DNA from: a virus
Taxonomy: Duplodnaviria > Caudoviricetes
Virus record (IMG/VR): IMGVR_UViG_3300048693_000367
Coordinates: 1 to 64,000 of that record
Strand: one strand, 5' to 3'
DNA length: 64,000 nt
Of the stretch, positions 38,130 through 48,316 are shown one piece after another. Numbering within the stretch: position 1 is the stretch's first letter; every line of letters begins with the position of its first letter. Below the pieces are notes generated by a model that saw only the letters and a list, made by a program, of their open reading frames with translations, ran no database searches and was not told the origin of the DNA. Made by a program: the position numbers and the translations under genes.

Positions 38130-38725
38130 AACCGATTGAAGATTTAATTAAAGAGCAAGAACAAACACTAGACAATACAAACGAAACAGTTATTGAACCA
38201 GTAGCGATCTCAGAGGAAATCACCACAGAAGAACCAGCCGAGTCACAAGAGGTTGTTAATTATTCATCCGAAGAAGTAATCTCTTTACTAAAGCAATCTT
38301 TAAATGTTCATTGGCAGCAAGCCACAGCATTAACAGCACAAGCCGTGCATCTAGAAAGATGGGGATATAAGAAACTAGCAGAAGTAATTAAAGCAGACGC
38401 TGAACAAGAACACAAACACGCTGCTGAAAACATTAAAAGACTAGAATTTTTTGATGTTGATTATCAACCGCTTGTAGTTTCTCAACCATCATGGACACGA
38501 CACGATATGGTGGCTTTGATTCAATATAATTTAAATTCCGTGAGAGAAGCAGCAGCAGCAGAAAGAGAAACAATTGTTGCAGCAAGAGCTATTGGGGACG
38601 AAATGACAGCCAATATGATGATTCCACTCCTACAAGGAAGTGAGGACGGTATTGTTCTTTATGAGGCTTATTTAAAGTTAATTGAACAAATGGGTCTTGA
38701 TAACTTCTTAAGTATTCAGATCTGA
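38126..38725 (+). CDS. bacterioferritin/ferritin-like protein
   Basis: HLERWGYKKLA, EQEHKHA, GDEMTANM, IEQMGLDNFL; N-terminal acidic extension. Confidence 0.8.
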   Translation: MKPIEDLIKEQEQTLDNTNETVIEPVAISEEITTEEPAESQEVVNYSSEEVISLLKQSLNVHWQQATALTAQAVHLERWGYKKLAEVIKADAEQEHKHAAENIKRLEFFDVDYQPLVVSQPSWTRHDMVALIQYNLNSVREAAAAERETIVAARAIGDEMTANMMIPLLQGSEDGIVLYEAYLKLIEQMGLDNFLSIQI

Positions 38726-38727
38726 CC

Positions 38728-39150
38728 ATGTTTAAATCACGAGCAGACGAACTATTAGAACAAGTACAAACCAACGTGGAATGCCCACCAGCAACACAAG
38801 ATATTAGTCTAAATTTAGCTAATCGTAAAATTTGTGTTGATAAAGCAAATTATGGTCCTGCTAATCCAGAGTTAGACAGTCCACAATTTTGGCAACAAAA
38901 AGCAGATTTATTTAAGACATCTATAGAAGAAGCACAAACTATGAGATGTTCTAATTGTGCTGCTTTTATTATAAAAGACAAGATGCGTAAATGTATCGAA
39001 AAAGGTATTTGTGAAGAAGATATGAATGAGGCAGGAAAGATTGTTAATTTAGCCAACCTAGGCTATTGTGAACTATTCGATTTCAAATGTGCTGGTGATA
39101 GAACTTGTGATGCTTGGATTACGGGTGGTCCTTTAACTGACGAGGTATAA
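38728..39150 (+). CDS. Cys-rich hypothetical protein
   Basis: CPPATQD, CSNCAAF, GYCELFDFKCAGDRTCDAW. Confidence 0.7.
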   Translation: MFKSRADELLEQVQTNVECPPATQDISLNLANRKICVDKANYGPANPELDSPQFWQQKADLFKTSIEEAQTMRCSNCAAFIIKDKMRKCIEKGICEEDMNEAGKIVNLANLGYCELFDFKCAGDRTCDAWITGGPLTDEV

Positions 39151-39153
39151 AAA

Positions 39154-40302
39154 ATGGATCGTATACATGATATTCTTAATTCTGTAAATGAAATATTAGT
39201 CAACGCAGCTCAAAAAACCTATAAGGGCCAAAAGCGTAGCGAACTTAAAGATAGTGACTTTCTATTTCCTGAAACACGATCTTTTCCAATAGTTAGTCCA
39301 CAAGATATTCCAGACGCTATTAGTAATTTTGGACGCATGAAAGGACAAATGAGTTATGATGCTTTCTTAAAAAAGCTATACAATATGGCTAAGCGTAAAG
39401 GTCCAGAGTTTGTTGCTGCTTTACCCGACGCGAGTAAAGAACAATTAGGGCTTAATAAAACAGTAAAAGCTCAAGAAGAAGAAAACGACGAAATATCTGA
39501 AATGGATGATTATAAAGAAAGTTTTTATGATATGAGTGTTGGTTCACTAAAAGCCATAGCGGCGCACGCTCAAGATATCATTAATAATCTAGAAAATGAG
39601 ACTGTAAAAAATAATCTAACAGCACCACATCTACAAGGTATGATAGCTGTTGCTGAGGATCATATGCGCAGTATTCATGATTTTGTAATGTATGTAGAGT
39701 TTGAACAGGAAGATGAAGAAGAGGAGGAAGAAGAAGAGACAGAGGAACCAACGAATGAAGAATCTAAGGTAGAACCAATTGAACAAAAGAAGAAAAAACT
39801 CAAAAGAGTAAGAATTAAAGATCTCCCACACTATACATTTGTTATGCCCGATGCTCCTGCGGAAGCAGATTCTTATAATGATATTAATCAATTTGAACTC
39901 GGTCCATCAACCATGAAAAATCTTGATGATCTATATGGTGATGATGAGGAAAATACTAAGCTTAATGATACTAATGCTATGAAAACCATGATGGAACTAT
40001 ATGCTAATATATATACTATTATAGAGAACATAGCAGACCCGGTTGTAAAAAAGAAGTTGACAGATGCTATGAAAAATGTTAGAATGACCGGCATGGTAGA
40101 AGCAATGAAAAAATTTGAAGATTTTCTAATGTTTTTACCATTGGCTGACGATGATAAAACTATGTTCGCAGCAGAAAAACGTCCCGGCTTATGGGATAAT
40201 ATCCGTAAAAAGAAAGAAAGAATGGGTAAAAATTATCGTCCAGCCAAACGTGGAGATAAAGACAGACCCGATCCTGATCAATGGGAAAAATTAACTAAAT
40301 AA
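39154..40302 (+). CDS. multi-module acidic protein, possibly head-associated
   Basis: RSELKDSDF...RSFPI module, E-rich linker, GLWDNIRKKKER...DRP module. Confidence 0.7.
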   Translation: MDRIHDILNSVNEILVNAAQKTYKGQKRSELKDSDFLFPETRSFPIVSPQDIPDAISNFGRMKGQMSYDAFLKKLYNMAKRKGPEFVAALPDASKEQLGLNKTVKAQEEENDEISEMDDYKESFYDMSVGSLKAIAAHAQDIINNLENETVKNNLTAPHLQGMIAVAEDHMRSIHDFVMYVEFEQEDEEEEEEEETEEPTNEESKVEPIEQKKKKLKRVRIKDLPHYTFVMPDAPAEADSYNDINQFELGPSTMKNLDDLYGDDEENTKLNDTNAMKTMMELYANIYTIIENIADPVVKKKLTDAMKNVRMTGMVEAMKKFEDFLMFLPLADDDKTMFAAEKRPGLWDNIRKKKERMGKNYRPAKRGDKDRPDPDQWEKLTK

Positions 40303-40316
40303 TAAATTGGAATTTT

Positions 40317-40616
40317 GTGATCGGTGATAGGATAAATTTTATAGAGTGGCTAATTAATAGACTTATTTATAAGCATCATTATGCTGAGAATGATTCTATT
40401 ATCGAATCTCTAGCAGACATTAAGTACATACTTAAGTATAAACCAGCTATTGATATTAATGATCAGTGCTTGGATAAGATTATATCTAAGTACTATGTGG
40501 ATTTTTACCTAGACAAGTGCGAAGATATGACGATAGGATTTACAGATGATGAAAGAAAATCATTAAGACAATCTATTAAGAATATAGTAAATGATATTTT
40601 AGGAACTCTTTATTAA
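40317..40616 (+). CDS. hypothetical protein
   Basis: ORF with GTG start. Confidence 0.55.
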   Translation: MIGDRINFIEWLINRLIYKHHYAENDSIIESLADIKYILKYKPAIDINDQCLDKIISKYYVDFYLDKCEDMTIGFTDDERKSLRQSIKNIVNDILGTLY

Positions 40617-40627
40617 AAAGGAATATA

Positions 40628-41290
40628 ATGTTATTACAATTAAATGGTATTGGTAATCAAAAAATTGAGTACAAAAACCACAACGATATTCAGTTTGATC
40701 ATTTAAATGAATATATCTTATTAGCTAAAAAATCCATCGCTAAATTTTCTAATAAGTTTTATCATGGTCTATCAACAAAAATGTTAAAAGATGAGGATGC
40801 TATCTCGTCTGTTGCCACCGCTATTATGATGGCTGATTGGCGTTGGGATGCAGACTACAAAAACGATAAAGGCACAAAAAAGACACGCTATTCATATAGA
40901 AATCAATGTGCATTATGGGCTATTCAAACATATGTTTCCAAAGACCACAAAAAGAACAAAAAGTTCAAGAAAAAAGTATATTCTTTAAATCATGTTTTAG
41001 GGGACGAGAATGATTCTGAATCAACACAGTCTTTTACAGAAGATTCAAAAGCACTAAATCCAGAAGAAATTCTCATAGAGAAAGAAAATAAAGAACAGCT
41101 ATCCTCTCTAATAGATAATCTACTATCCCTAGACTGTTTAACATCTAGACAAAAAGACTATATACGACTATATTATTTTGAGTCTTATACTTTTGAAAAG
41201 ATTGGCCAAAAATATGGCATCACACGCGAAGCAGTTAGACAGGGCTTAAATAAAGCCATAGAAATGATTAAGGGTGTTATTAATGTTTAA
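40628..41290 (+). CDS. phage RNA polymerase sigma factor (sigma70 family)
   Basis: Region 2-like WRWD...RYSYRNQCALWAI; region 4 LTSRQKDYIRLYY..TFEKIGQKYGITREAVRQGLNKAI. Confidence 0.85.
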   Translation: MLLQLNGIGNQKIEYKNHNDIQFDHLNEYILLAKKSIAKFSNKFYHGLSTKMLKDEDAISSVATAIMMADWRWDADYKNDKGTKKTRYSYRNQCALWAIQTYVSKDHKKNKKFKKKVYSLNHVLGDENDSESTQSFTEDSKALNPEEILIEKENKEQLSSLIDNLLSLDCLTSRQKDYIRLYYFESYTFEKIGQKYGITREAVRQGLNKAIEMIKGVINV

Positions 41291-41660
41291 TCTTAAAATA
41301 CATTGTGTAGTATTTTCTACAAATATTAATCTGAATAAAAGATTTGTTTTATCATCAGATCCAAACAATATTGTTTTTCCGTGTTTTGATCTAAGCATAG
41401 AACATCTGAAAGACATTAATCATCAAATTATTGAATTTTTAAAGAGCTTTGTTTTTGTTAGTGATTTAGAGTTACTACCACAAATTATCAATATACATCA
41501 TGGAGATTTATCAGAAAATCCAAATGATATAAATACTGTTTATGGTTTTATTATCAATCACACAGATAGTTTGAATAATGCCCATTGGATAGAATTCGAA
41601 TTACTGAAAGAGCAAAAAATTAGTCCAGTATTATTTGAAGTTATTCAAAAACTAAGATAA
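41283..41660 (+). CDS. hypothetical protein
   Basis: ORF in operon. Confidence 0.6.
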   Translation: MFNLKIHCVVFSTNINLNKRFVLSSDPNNIVFPCFDLSIEHLKDINHQIIEFLKSFVFVSDLELLPQIINIHHGDLSENPNDINTVYGFIINHTDSLNNAHWIEFELLKEQKISPVLFEVIQKLR

Positions 41661-41664
41661 TATA

Positions 41665-42051
41665 ATGATATATCAATATATAAAAAACTTGCTTGGATAT
41701 TCAAAGCAAACAAAGCAGAAAGAGCATATAAGTTCAGAAAATCAACTTATTATATCTTGCGATGAGGATGGTCTTGTAAAAGTTAAAATTGCTATTAATC
41801 ATGTTGGAAAACAAGCTTCAACAAATTTTGGTAATATGCTATTTTTAATGAACGAAGGATATTATGTTCAGTCTATACTTGATATCTTCGAAGAAATTAA
41901 AGATTCTAATACCGATCATGCTAAATTTATAGAAGATATTACAAATACATGGTCTATGTGTATGTTACAAATTCAAAAACTAGAGGAAGAAGAAGAAAAT
42001 AATCCTATAGTATCTCCAACATTTTTTGATAAAGGATCGAAAAACCAATGA
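41665..42051 (+). CDS. hypothetical protein
   Basis: ORF in operon. Confidence 0.6.
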   Translation: MIYQYIKNLLGYSKQTKQKEHISSENQLIISCDEDGLVKVKIAINHVGKQASTNFGNMLFLMNEGYYVQSILDIFEEIKDSNTDHAKFIEDITNTWSMCMLQIQKLEEEEENNPIVSPTFFDKGSKNQ

Positions 42052-42473
42052 AACCAATTATAGTGTGGGAAAAATGGATAGATCCGTTTGGAGCAGATAT
42101 GGACGAGGTAAAATGGACCGATTATGATAATAAAATCGATGATCTAGATGAAGATATTGAAAATGAAGATGAAGATGGACCCAAAATTATTCAGAATAGT
42201 AAACCTATAAAGGTTATAGCTTCCCCAATGGGATTAATACCATATAACGAACATACCGCTAGTAGTAAAATTTTTAACTTTTGGCTTGGGCATACTAATT
42301 TTAACATATCTGAAAAAATACAAAAAATTATTGAAACTTGTGATGGCGTAGAAATACTAGACATATTTACACGATATCGCTTTAGAATTGCTATAGGTAA
42401 ATGCTTTAATGACTCAGATACTATGAAAGATATTAATGATAAAGTATACAGAGTTATAAATAATCATGACTAA
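42048..42473 (+). CDS. hypothetical protein
   Basis: WEKWIDP, FWLGHTNFNI, GVE..TRYRFRIAIGK. Confidence 0.65.
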   Translation: MKPIIVWEKWIDPFGADMDEVKWTDYDNKIDDLDEDIENEDEDGPKIIQNSKPIKVIASPMGLIPYNEHTASSKIFNFWLGHTNFNISEKIQKIIETCDGVEILDIFTRYRFRIAIGKCFNDSDTMKDINDKVYRVINNHD

Positions 42474-43146
42474 TCATAATCATCATAATAATATTCTTAA
42501 TGATATTCATTCTTATAATATAGATGTTGAAAATAGAGAAATTTATTTACATTCATACTTATCCGACAATGATGAAGAACCCGGTGTAGACTATCGTTCT
42601 GCTATTATCTTTCAAAAAAATATGAGATATCTTAATTTGATATCTTTAGATCCTATTTTGATTCATATGCACATGCCCGGTGGCGATTGGCAAGATTGTC
42701 TCGGAATATACGATGTGATAAAAAATAGTAAAAGCAAAGTTATTATAGTGGCTTATGCAAAGGTGGAGTCTAGTAGTACTGTTTTATTGCAGGCTGCTGA
42801 TCTTAGAATTCTAAGTCCTAATACTAATTTTTTGGTACATTATGGTTCTATTAGCGTAGACAATGAACACAAAGCGGCTCTTAGTATGGTTCAATGGAGC
42901 GAAAAAGAGAGCGAAAAGATGATAGATATATTTACAGAAAAGTGTATGAATAGTAAGATTTGCAAAGAAAAAAATTGGAAAAGATTAATGGCAAGAAAGC
43001 ATATTGTAACACAATTAGCCACTAAAAGAGATTGGATTCTTACAGCAGAAGAGGCCGTGGACTATGGCTTCGCTGATGGTATTCTTGGTACTAAAAGATT
43101 TCCAAATTTAGACTATATTAAGAACGCTATAAAGAAAGCTAAATAA
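42466..43146 (+). CDS. clpP: ClpP-like protease
   Basis: REIYL, PGGD, VESSSTVLLQA (catalytic Ser), VHYGS, DWILTAEEAVDYGFAD. Confidence 0.85.
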   Translation: MTNHNHHNNILNDIHSYNIDVENREIYLHSYLSDNDEEPGVDYRSAIIFQKNMRYLNLISLDPILIHMHMPGGDWQDCLGIYDVIKNSKSKVIIVAYAKVESSSTVLLQAADLRILSPNTNFLVHYGSISVDNEHKAALSMVQWSEKESEKMIDIFTEKCMNSKICKEKNWKRLMARKHIVTQLATKRDWILTAEEAVDYGFADGILGTKRFPNLDYIKNAIKKAK

Positions 43147-43811
43147 TGTATATTGATTTTGCTATAACAGATACGGAAATCAACGAAGCAGAGTCGAAAA
43201 CTCTTGTTAATGAAATACAGCAGTATCCGATAAATAGTATCACACTACCATATTACCTAATTAAATCTGTAAAAAATTTAGTACCAACCGATAAAATTGT
43301 CATTTCTTGTTTGGTCGATTATCCACTTGGTATTTCTGACACCAAAACTAGACGATGCGCTATTGAGCAAGCCTTTAAAGCCGGAGCAAACGCTGTTGAC
43401 ATAGCGATGCCACAAAACTTAGCCGCCAATAGAAAATATGATAAAATTAGAGATGATGTAAAAAGCGTTATGGAATATTGTGCTGAAAGTGGACTTCACG
43501 CTAGATATATCTTAGAATATCGATTTTTTGACCATCATTGTTTAAAGAAAATATGTGAAATTTTTGAAAATTTTAATATCAAATATGTTTATCCGTCCAC
43601 AGGATATTTTCTAGATAATTTAGCCGATAATATCTTGGCATCCATTTTCCTATATGAAAACTCTAAAGATCTCAATATTATTTGTACTGGAAATATTTGG
43701 GCAGAAAAACACTTTAGTACCATGATAAAATCTGGTCTATTTGGCTTTAGAACCACATCAATCCATAGTCTGCGTAATTTTATACAGTTCAATTCGACGC
43801 ATAAAGAGTGA
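43146..43811 (+). CDS. deoC: deoxyribose-phosphate aldolase-like protein, probably inactive
   Basis: VDYPLG, AGANAVDI, YILE, YPSTGY where DeoC has KTSTGF. Confidence 0.7.
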   Translation: MYIDFAITDTEINEAESKTLVNEIQQYPINSITLPYYLIKSVKNLVPTDKIVISCLVDYPLGISDTKTRRCAIEQAFKAGANAVDIAMPQNLAANRKYDKIRDDVKSVMEYCAESGLHARYILEYRFFDHHCLKKICEIFENFNIKYVYPSTGYFLDNLADNILASIFLYENSKDLNIICTGNIWAEKHFSTMIKSGLFGFRTTSIHSLRNFIQFNSTHKE

Positions 43812-43863
43812 TGTCGGTGTATATACAAAAGTCTTAAAATTCCCTTTATTACGGAGTATACTA

Positions 43864-44433
43864 ATGGCCACAGCTCAAGTTAACGGTTCAGCCCTAACAG
43901 GCAATGGATTTGGCTCATTTTTAGAAGCCAACAACGCTCACGGAACAATGAAAGCCAATGGTACAGCAACATCGAATGTTTTAGAGAGTGTAACAACACC
44001 AGATCCCAAAGTTGCAGTTTTTGCATCAACAGTTATCCCAGATACTACAACACAGGTTGATTATGCTGGCAAAGCTGTTTCTGCTGGTACATTTGCTCAC
44101 AATAATACAAAGCCAGTTTCAAGTTTAATCACAGATGAACTTGCTGGCGTTGCTAATAGTGCTATCAAAACACCGGGCAATGATGGTGATATAATCCGTA
44201 GCATCAATAAAGTAGAAAGTAATGCTTCTGATCTATTTACTACAGCTCTTAGAGCCAATAAGTACAATAGAACAACTGGCGAATGGGATGTTGGTTATCC
44301 AGCCGCAACAACAATTTCGTTTAGTACAGACGAAGCAGCCACTCCAACAGCAGCAGTTCCTGGCGAACTGACCTATATGAGAGGCGCTAAGACTCCATAT
44401 AACGATAACTACAAGGCTAAAACTAATTATTGA
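43864..44433 (+). CDS. Ala/Thr-rich late (virion) protein
   Basis: GGTGTAT promoter at 43816, GGAG RBS, terminator downstream. Confidence 0.7.
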   Translation: MATAQVNGSALTGNGFGSFLEANNAHGTMKANGTATSNVLESVTTPDPKVAVFASTVIPDTTTQVDYAGKAVSAGTFAHNNTKPVSSLITDELAGVANSAIKTPGNDGDIIRSINKVESNASDLFTTALRANKYNRTTGEWDVGYPAATTISFSTDEAATPTAAVPGELTYMRGAKTPYNDNYKAKTNY

Positions 44434-44470
44434 TTAATGAATTTATGTTTATAATCCGAGGCCAATAGGG

Positions 44471-44508
44471 AAAGAGCCATCATACACAGTGTATCGATGG
44501 CTTTTTTT
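44471..44508 (+). terminator. rho-independent terminator
   Basis: AGCCATC/GATGGCT stem with inner ATACA/TGTAT pairing, followed by a T-run. Confidence 0.85.
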
Positions 44509-44525
44509 CTTGAAGGATAAATATT

Positions 44526-44846
44526 ATGTCAGAAACGATTATTCATTTTTGGGAAAATATAGCTACCACTAGTATCGGTATAATAGTTACTATGGTAGGT
44601 TTTTGGGTTGCAATAGGTCGCAATATGGCTACTAAAAGCGAGGTTGCTCACATGATAGAAACCCAAAGTCCCTACAACGAAGATCGTCAGTTTATAATGG
44701 AACGATTAGCTAGCAACAAAGAGACACAAGCGGCCTTCGCTTCTGCTTTACAGCGAAACACAGAGGTAATGACAGAACTTAAAATTCAAATAGCCACACT
44801 TGGTAAAACTCTGGAAGCTTTAGAAGATAGAATAGAGCGCGCCTAA
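44526..44846 (+). CDS. membrane-anchored coiled-coil protein (holin/lysis-like)
   Basis: One N-terminal TM helix followed by a coiled coil. Confidence 0.65.
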   Translation: MSETIIHFWENIATTSIGIIVTMVGFWVAIGRNMATKSEVAHMIETQSPYNEDRQFIMERLASNKETQAAFASALQRNTEVMTELKIQIATLGKTLEALEDRIERA

Positions 44847-44863
44847 TGGTGTATAATCATAAC

Positions 44864-45226
44864 ATGAATACAAAATTAAAGCCAGGATATAAAACTAGTG
44901 AATTTTGGTTTACATTGGTTAGTTTTATTTTTAGTGGACTTTATCTTACCGGATTAATTACAGAGAATTCACATAAAGAAGATCTTATTCAAGAAACCAG
45001 TAGAGGATTAGAGGCTGTTATTTTAATTATTGGACAATTAACTGTTCTATATAGATATGTGAAAGGTAGAACAGAAATTAAGAAAAGTTGGTGGAATAAT
45101 GATGATACAAAAGTAGTACCACCAAAGAAAAAAACCAACACTAAAACTAAACCCAAACCCAAACCAGGGGTAATTTATGACTCCTCAAGAATTAGTAAAA
45201 GTAGAAATAGAAAAACTAATAAATAA
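44864..45226 (+). CDS. holin-like membrane protein
   Basis: KPGYKTSEFW, two TM segments, basic C-terminal tail. Confidence 0.6.
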   Translation: MNTKLKPGYKTSEFWFTLVSFIFSGLYLTGLITENSHKEDLIQETSRGLEAVILIIGQLTVLYRYVKGRTEIKKSWWNNDDTKVVPPKKKTNTKTKPKPKPGVIYDSSRISKSRNRKTNK

Positions 45227-45602
45227 TACCAAAGATTCTTTGGGTATTGTTAAAAAGGTAGCATTAGCTCAAGCATGGAAAATTTTACAATTAGCAGTAG
45301 CGTCTGTGGTACAGATTATAGAGCAAATTGCTACTGATTTAGCGGGACCGGATAAAAAGGTTATCGCTATGGAAGCATTATCCAAGTTTTATGATAGCGT
45401 TTTTGTAGTAATAGATATACCCTTTGTTCCAAATTTTTTCGAGCCTATTATACATAAGTATGTGAAATCTATTCTCATGATAATGGTCGGTGCTACAATT
45501 GATGCTATGGTAACAACCTTTAGAAATACCGGAGTGTTTATTGATTCGCAGGCCAAGATAAATTCACTAATTGACATTATCCCAAAGACTTCAGATAAAT
45601 AA
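45177..45602 (+). CDS. hypothetical protein
   Basis: GPDKK...IDIPFVP; overlapping-gene run. Confidence 0.65.
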   Translation: MTPQELVKVEIEKLINNTKDSLGIVKKVALAQAWKILQLAVASVVQIIEQIATDLAGPDKKVIAMEALSKFYDSVFVVIDIPFVPNFFEPIIHKYVKSILMIMVGATIDAMVTTFRNTGVFIDSQAKINSLIDIIPKTSDK

Positions 45603-45613
45603 GAGGCTTTACA

Positions 45614-46000
45614 ATGAATTATGTTACTCAAAGTTTTGATGAATTTAGTAGTAGTTTAGCACCAGTGGATATCGCATTATATGCTGGTGTTGGTTTAGTA
45701 TTATGGGTAGTGTTTAAGGATAAACTTAGTCCAGTACAACAACTAGTTAATCCATTGGTTGATAAGCTAAAAAATACGCTTGGTAATAAAACCAGTGTTG
45801 CTGGTATAGTCACTAAACCTGTTACCACAGCACAGATTAATGCTAAGAATGATTTGTTTTTTAGGCTTGTAGAATCTTGGAAACAAACAAGAGACTTGGC
45901 AGAACAAAGTGGTTGTCAGGAAGCCATTAAGGTGGCGGATCAAATGTTTCCTTATCTTAGTCCCAAGGTCTGTGCAGAAGCAAAGGATAATTCGCTATGA
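45614..46000 (+). CDS. membrane-anchored protein
   Basis: GAGG RBS; one TM helix. Confidence 0.65.
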   Translation: MNYVTQSFDEFSSSLAPVDIALYAGVGLVLWVVFKDKLSPVQQLVNPLVDKLKNTLGNKTSVAGIVTKPVTTAQINAKNDLFFRLVESWKQTRDLAEQSGCQEAIKVADQMFPYLSPKVCAEAKDNSL

Positions 46001-46491
46001 ATAACAAGATACTATTAGCTATTGCTGCTGCTTTGATCTTAGTTGGTTTTTTAAAACCAGACCTATCTTCTATTATTAATAATAACACAAGAGACAGAGT
46101 AGATGTTGTCAATGTTATAAAACCAACAAACAAAGGATTATTAGATGCTTGTTTTGATGTAATAAAGTCATTTAAAAATGGTCCATCGTCTAGAACAGCA
46201 GACGCTAAAAGGCTATCGTCTCTATATTCCGACATTGCTACACTAATTGAATTGGATGGCGAAGACGCAGTAATCAAGACTACTGATGAGGTTAGACAAG
46301 CAAATAGTCTTTCTGGAGTTATGCTAAAGCTAGACATGAAAGGAAAATATAAAGATTTGGCAAGTTCTTGCAATAGTGTTATTCAAGCTGCTATTGGTGA
46401 TGATAGTGTATTATTAGATAAAGATCTAAGAGCTAAAGCCGCAGACGGATTTAAAGCATTAGCATGGGCTTGTAATGAAGGTAGCAAATAA
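45997..46491 (+). CDS. exported/membrane-anchored protein
   Basis: Signal-like N-terminus. Confidence 0.65.
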   Translation: MNNKILLAIAAALILVGFLKPDLSSIINNNTRDRVDVVNVIKPTNKGLLDACFDVIKSFKNGPSSRTADAKRLSSLYSDIATLIELDGEDAVIKTTDEVRQANSLSGVMLKLDMKGKYKDLASSCNSVIQAAIGDDSVLLDKDLRAKAADGFKALAWACNEGSK

Positions 46492-47417
46492 TGGCTCGTT
46501 TATCACCACAAGAATTATACAATAATTACCGTAAAGGTTTTTCTGGATGTATTTGGGAACAAAACATCTTTGATCATTTGATGGAAACATCAAAGTATGC
46601 TCTTTTTGGTGATGCTAGTAAAAAAATTAAGAACAGCGGCAAGGGTAAACTTAGTACACCATATAAAAGCGTATTAAAATTTGATAAGAATCCTTATAAT
46701 GAAAGACAGGTAACTGGCGATTGTGTTTCACATGGAACGCGTAATGCATGTGATATAACTAGAGCCGTAGAGATTGATGTTCATGGTGAAAGAGAGGGTT
46801 GGATAGCAAGAGGCGCTACAGAAGCAATTTATGGTGCTCGTGGATGGGCCGGTCAGGGAATGAGTTGTGCTAGAGCAGCAGAATTTGTTAGTACCGTTGG
46901 TGGTATTGTTGTAAGACAAAACTATCCGGGGATTGCCGATTTTACAAAATATAATGGTAATCTTGGCGCGGGGTGGGGCGGTCGTGGATTACCAGATAAG
47001 GTTATTGATCTTGCAAATGATCACCAAATCAAAACTGTTAGTTTGGTTAAAACCATAGAAGAAGCTAGAGATGCGCTTGCTAATGGTTATGGCATAGCCG
47101 TTTGTTCTAATTATGGTTTTAGTAATAAAAGAGACAAAAAAGGATTTGCAGCACAATCTGGTAGTTGGGCTCATTGTATGGCTTGGATAGCCTGTGATGA
47201 TACCGGCGACGAACCAGCATTTTTAGTCCAAAATAGTTGGGGTAAATGGAATGATGGTGGTCATCCAGAATGGGGTACAATTCCAGACGGCTCCTTTCTT
47301 ATCCATGCTGATGTAGCAGAAGGTATGTTAAAGCAAAGTGGCTCTTATGCCTTTAGTCAATTTGATGGTTTTCCATTACAAAAACTACCATCTTATGGTT
47401 TTGAGGATTATCTATGA
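46491..47417 (+). CDS. papain-like (C1) cysteine peptidase
   Basis: QVTGDCVSH (catalytic Cys), WAHCM (His), VQNSWG. Confidence 0.85.
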   Translation: MARLSPQELYNNYRKGFSGCIWEQNIFDHLMETSKYALFGDASKKIKNSGKGKLSTPYKSVLKFDKNPYNERQVTGDCVSHGTRNACDITRAVEIDVHGEREGWIARGATEAIYGARGWAGQGMSCARAAEFVSTVGGIVVRQNYPGIADFTKYNGNLGAGWGGRGLPDKVIDLANDHQIKTVSLVKTIEEARDALANGYGIAVCSNYGFSNKRDKKGFAAQSGSWAHCMAWIACDDTGDEPAFLVQNSWGKWNDGGHPEWGTIPDGSFLIHADVAEGMLKQSGSYAFSQFDGFPLQKLPSYGFEDYL

Positions 47418-47569
47418 GAATTATTGATAAAATAGCACTTCAAAAACTTATCTCAATGATATTGAATTTTATTATTAAACTAGTTGAAATTTGTGCTCCC
47501 AAACCAGACGGACAACCAGATTCTGATAAAAAGATTTGGTTGCCTCGTATTAGAAGGAAAAAGCAATGA
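47414..47569 (+). CDS. small hypothetical protein (51 aa)
   Basis: MRIIDKIALQKLISM...; overlaps both neighbours by 4 nt. Confidence 0.5.
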   Translation: MRIIDKIALQKLISMILNFIIKLVEICAPKPDGQPDSDKKIWLPRIRRKKQ

Positions 47570-47916
47570 AAACCGCCTTCGCACTATTGTTATTATCGGT
47601 TGTGGTATTTAGTTCATCTCCTTATACTGGTTCCACCAAAGCCGTAGTAACATTGGTTGGTGGTATTATTAAAAATCAACATATAGACAATAATGTCAAA
47701 TTTAAAAGAAAAGACTGTCCTGTATGCAAAGGTAGTGGTAAATATCTCAGTGGCGATGGAATAAAGATGGTGGATTGTGGATACTGTGAACCAGAAACTA
47801 AAGAAGCCCCATTAGGTAGCGGTAGTTCACAGATTATCTCATCCCCAAAACCAGCATGCAATGGTCCAGAATGTACTCATAATAATCAACGCCCAGTTAT
47901 TATAAAGAGATATTAA
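47566..47916 (+). CDS. exported protein with DnaJ-type Zn motif
   Basis: Signal peptide; CPVCKGSG...CGYC. Confidence 0.65.
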   Translation: MKTAFALLLLSVVVFSSSPYTGSTKAVVTLVGGIIKNQHIDNNVKFKRKDCPVCKGSGKYLSGDGIKMVDCGYCEPETKEAPLGSGSSQIISSPKPACNGPECTHNNQRPVIIKRY

Positions 47917-47917
47917 T

Positions 47918-48316
47918 ATGAATAAAAAAGTTAATGAGCCATTAAAAAATATTGCTGAAAAAGTTTTAGACAAAGTACCTAATAAAGATCCTGAAAAATT
48001 TGGTAGCGTGATTGCTATTCTCATGGTCATTAGTATCATACTAACCGTTATAAGAGTTATTCAGGAATGTAATAAAAAGAAAATTCAATTATTTAATCGT
48101 AGACAAAAGACAGAATTTTATGGTCAAGAAATTAAAAATCTGAGTCTACGCAGATCGTGGTTTACTAGAATGACTGTAAAAAAAGTTATTCGTAAAGAAC
48201 TATCTCCAGATAATTACAAAGCGTATGGTATTCAACTAATGAATGCCATTCTAGACACAGGAGAAACTCTCACGGAAGATGAAATTAAAACCTTAGTGGA
48301 GGCCGCAAATGTTTAA
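47918..48316 (+). CDS. membrane protein
   Basis: One TM helix. Confidence 0.65.
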   Translation: MNKKVNEPLKNIAEKVLDKVPNKDPEKFGSVIAILMVISIILTVIRVIQECNKKKIQLFNRRQKTEFYGQEIKNLSLRRSWFTRMTVKKVIRKELSPDNYKAYGIQLMNAILDTGETLTEDEIKTLVEAANV

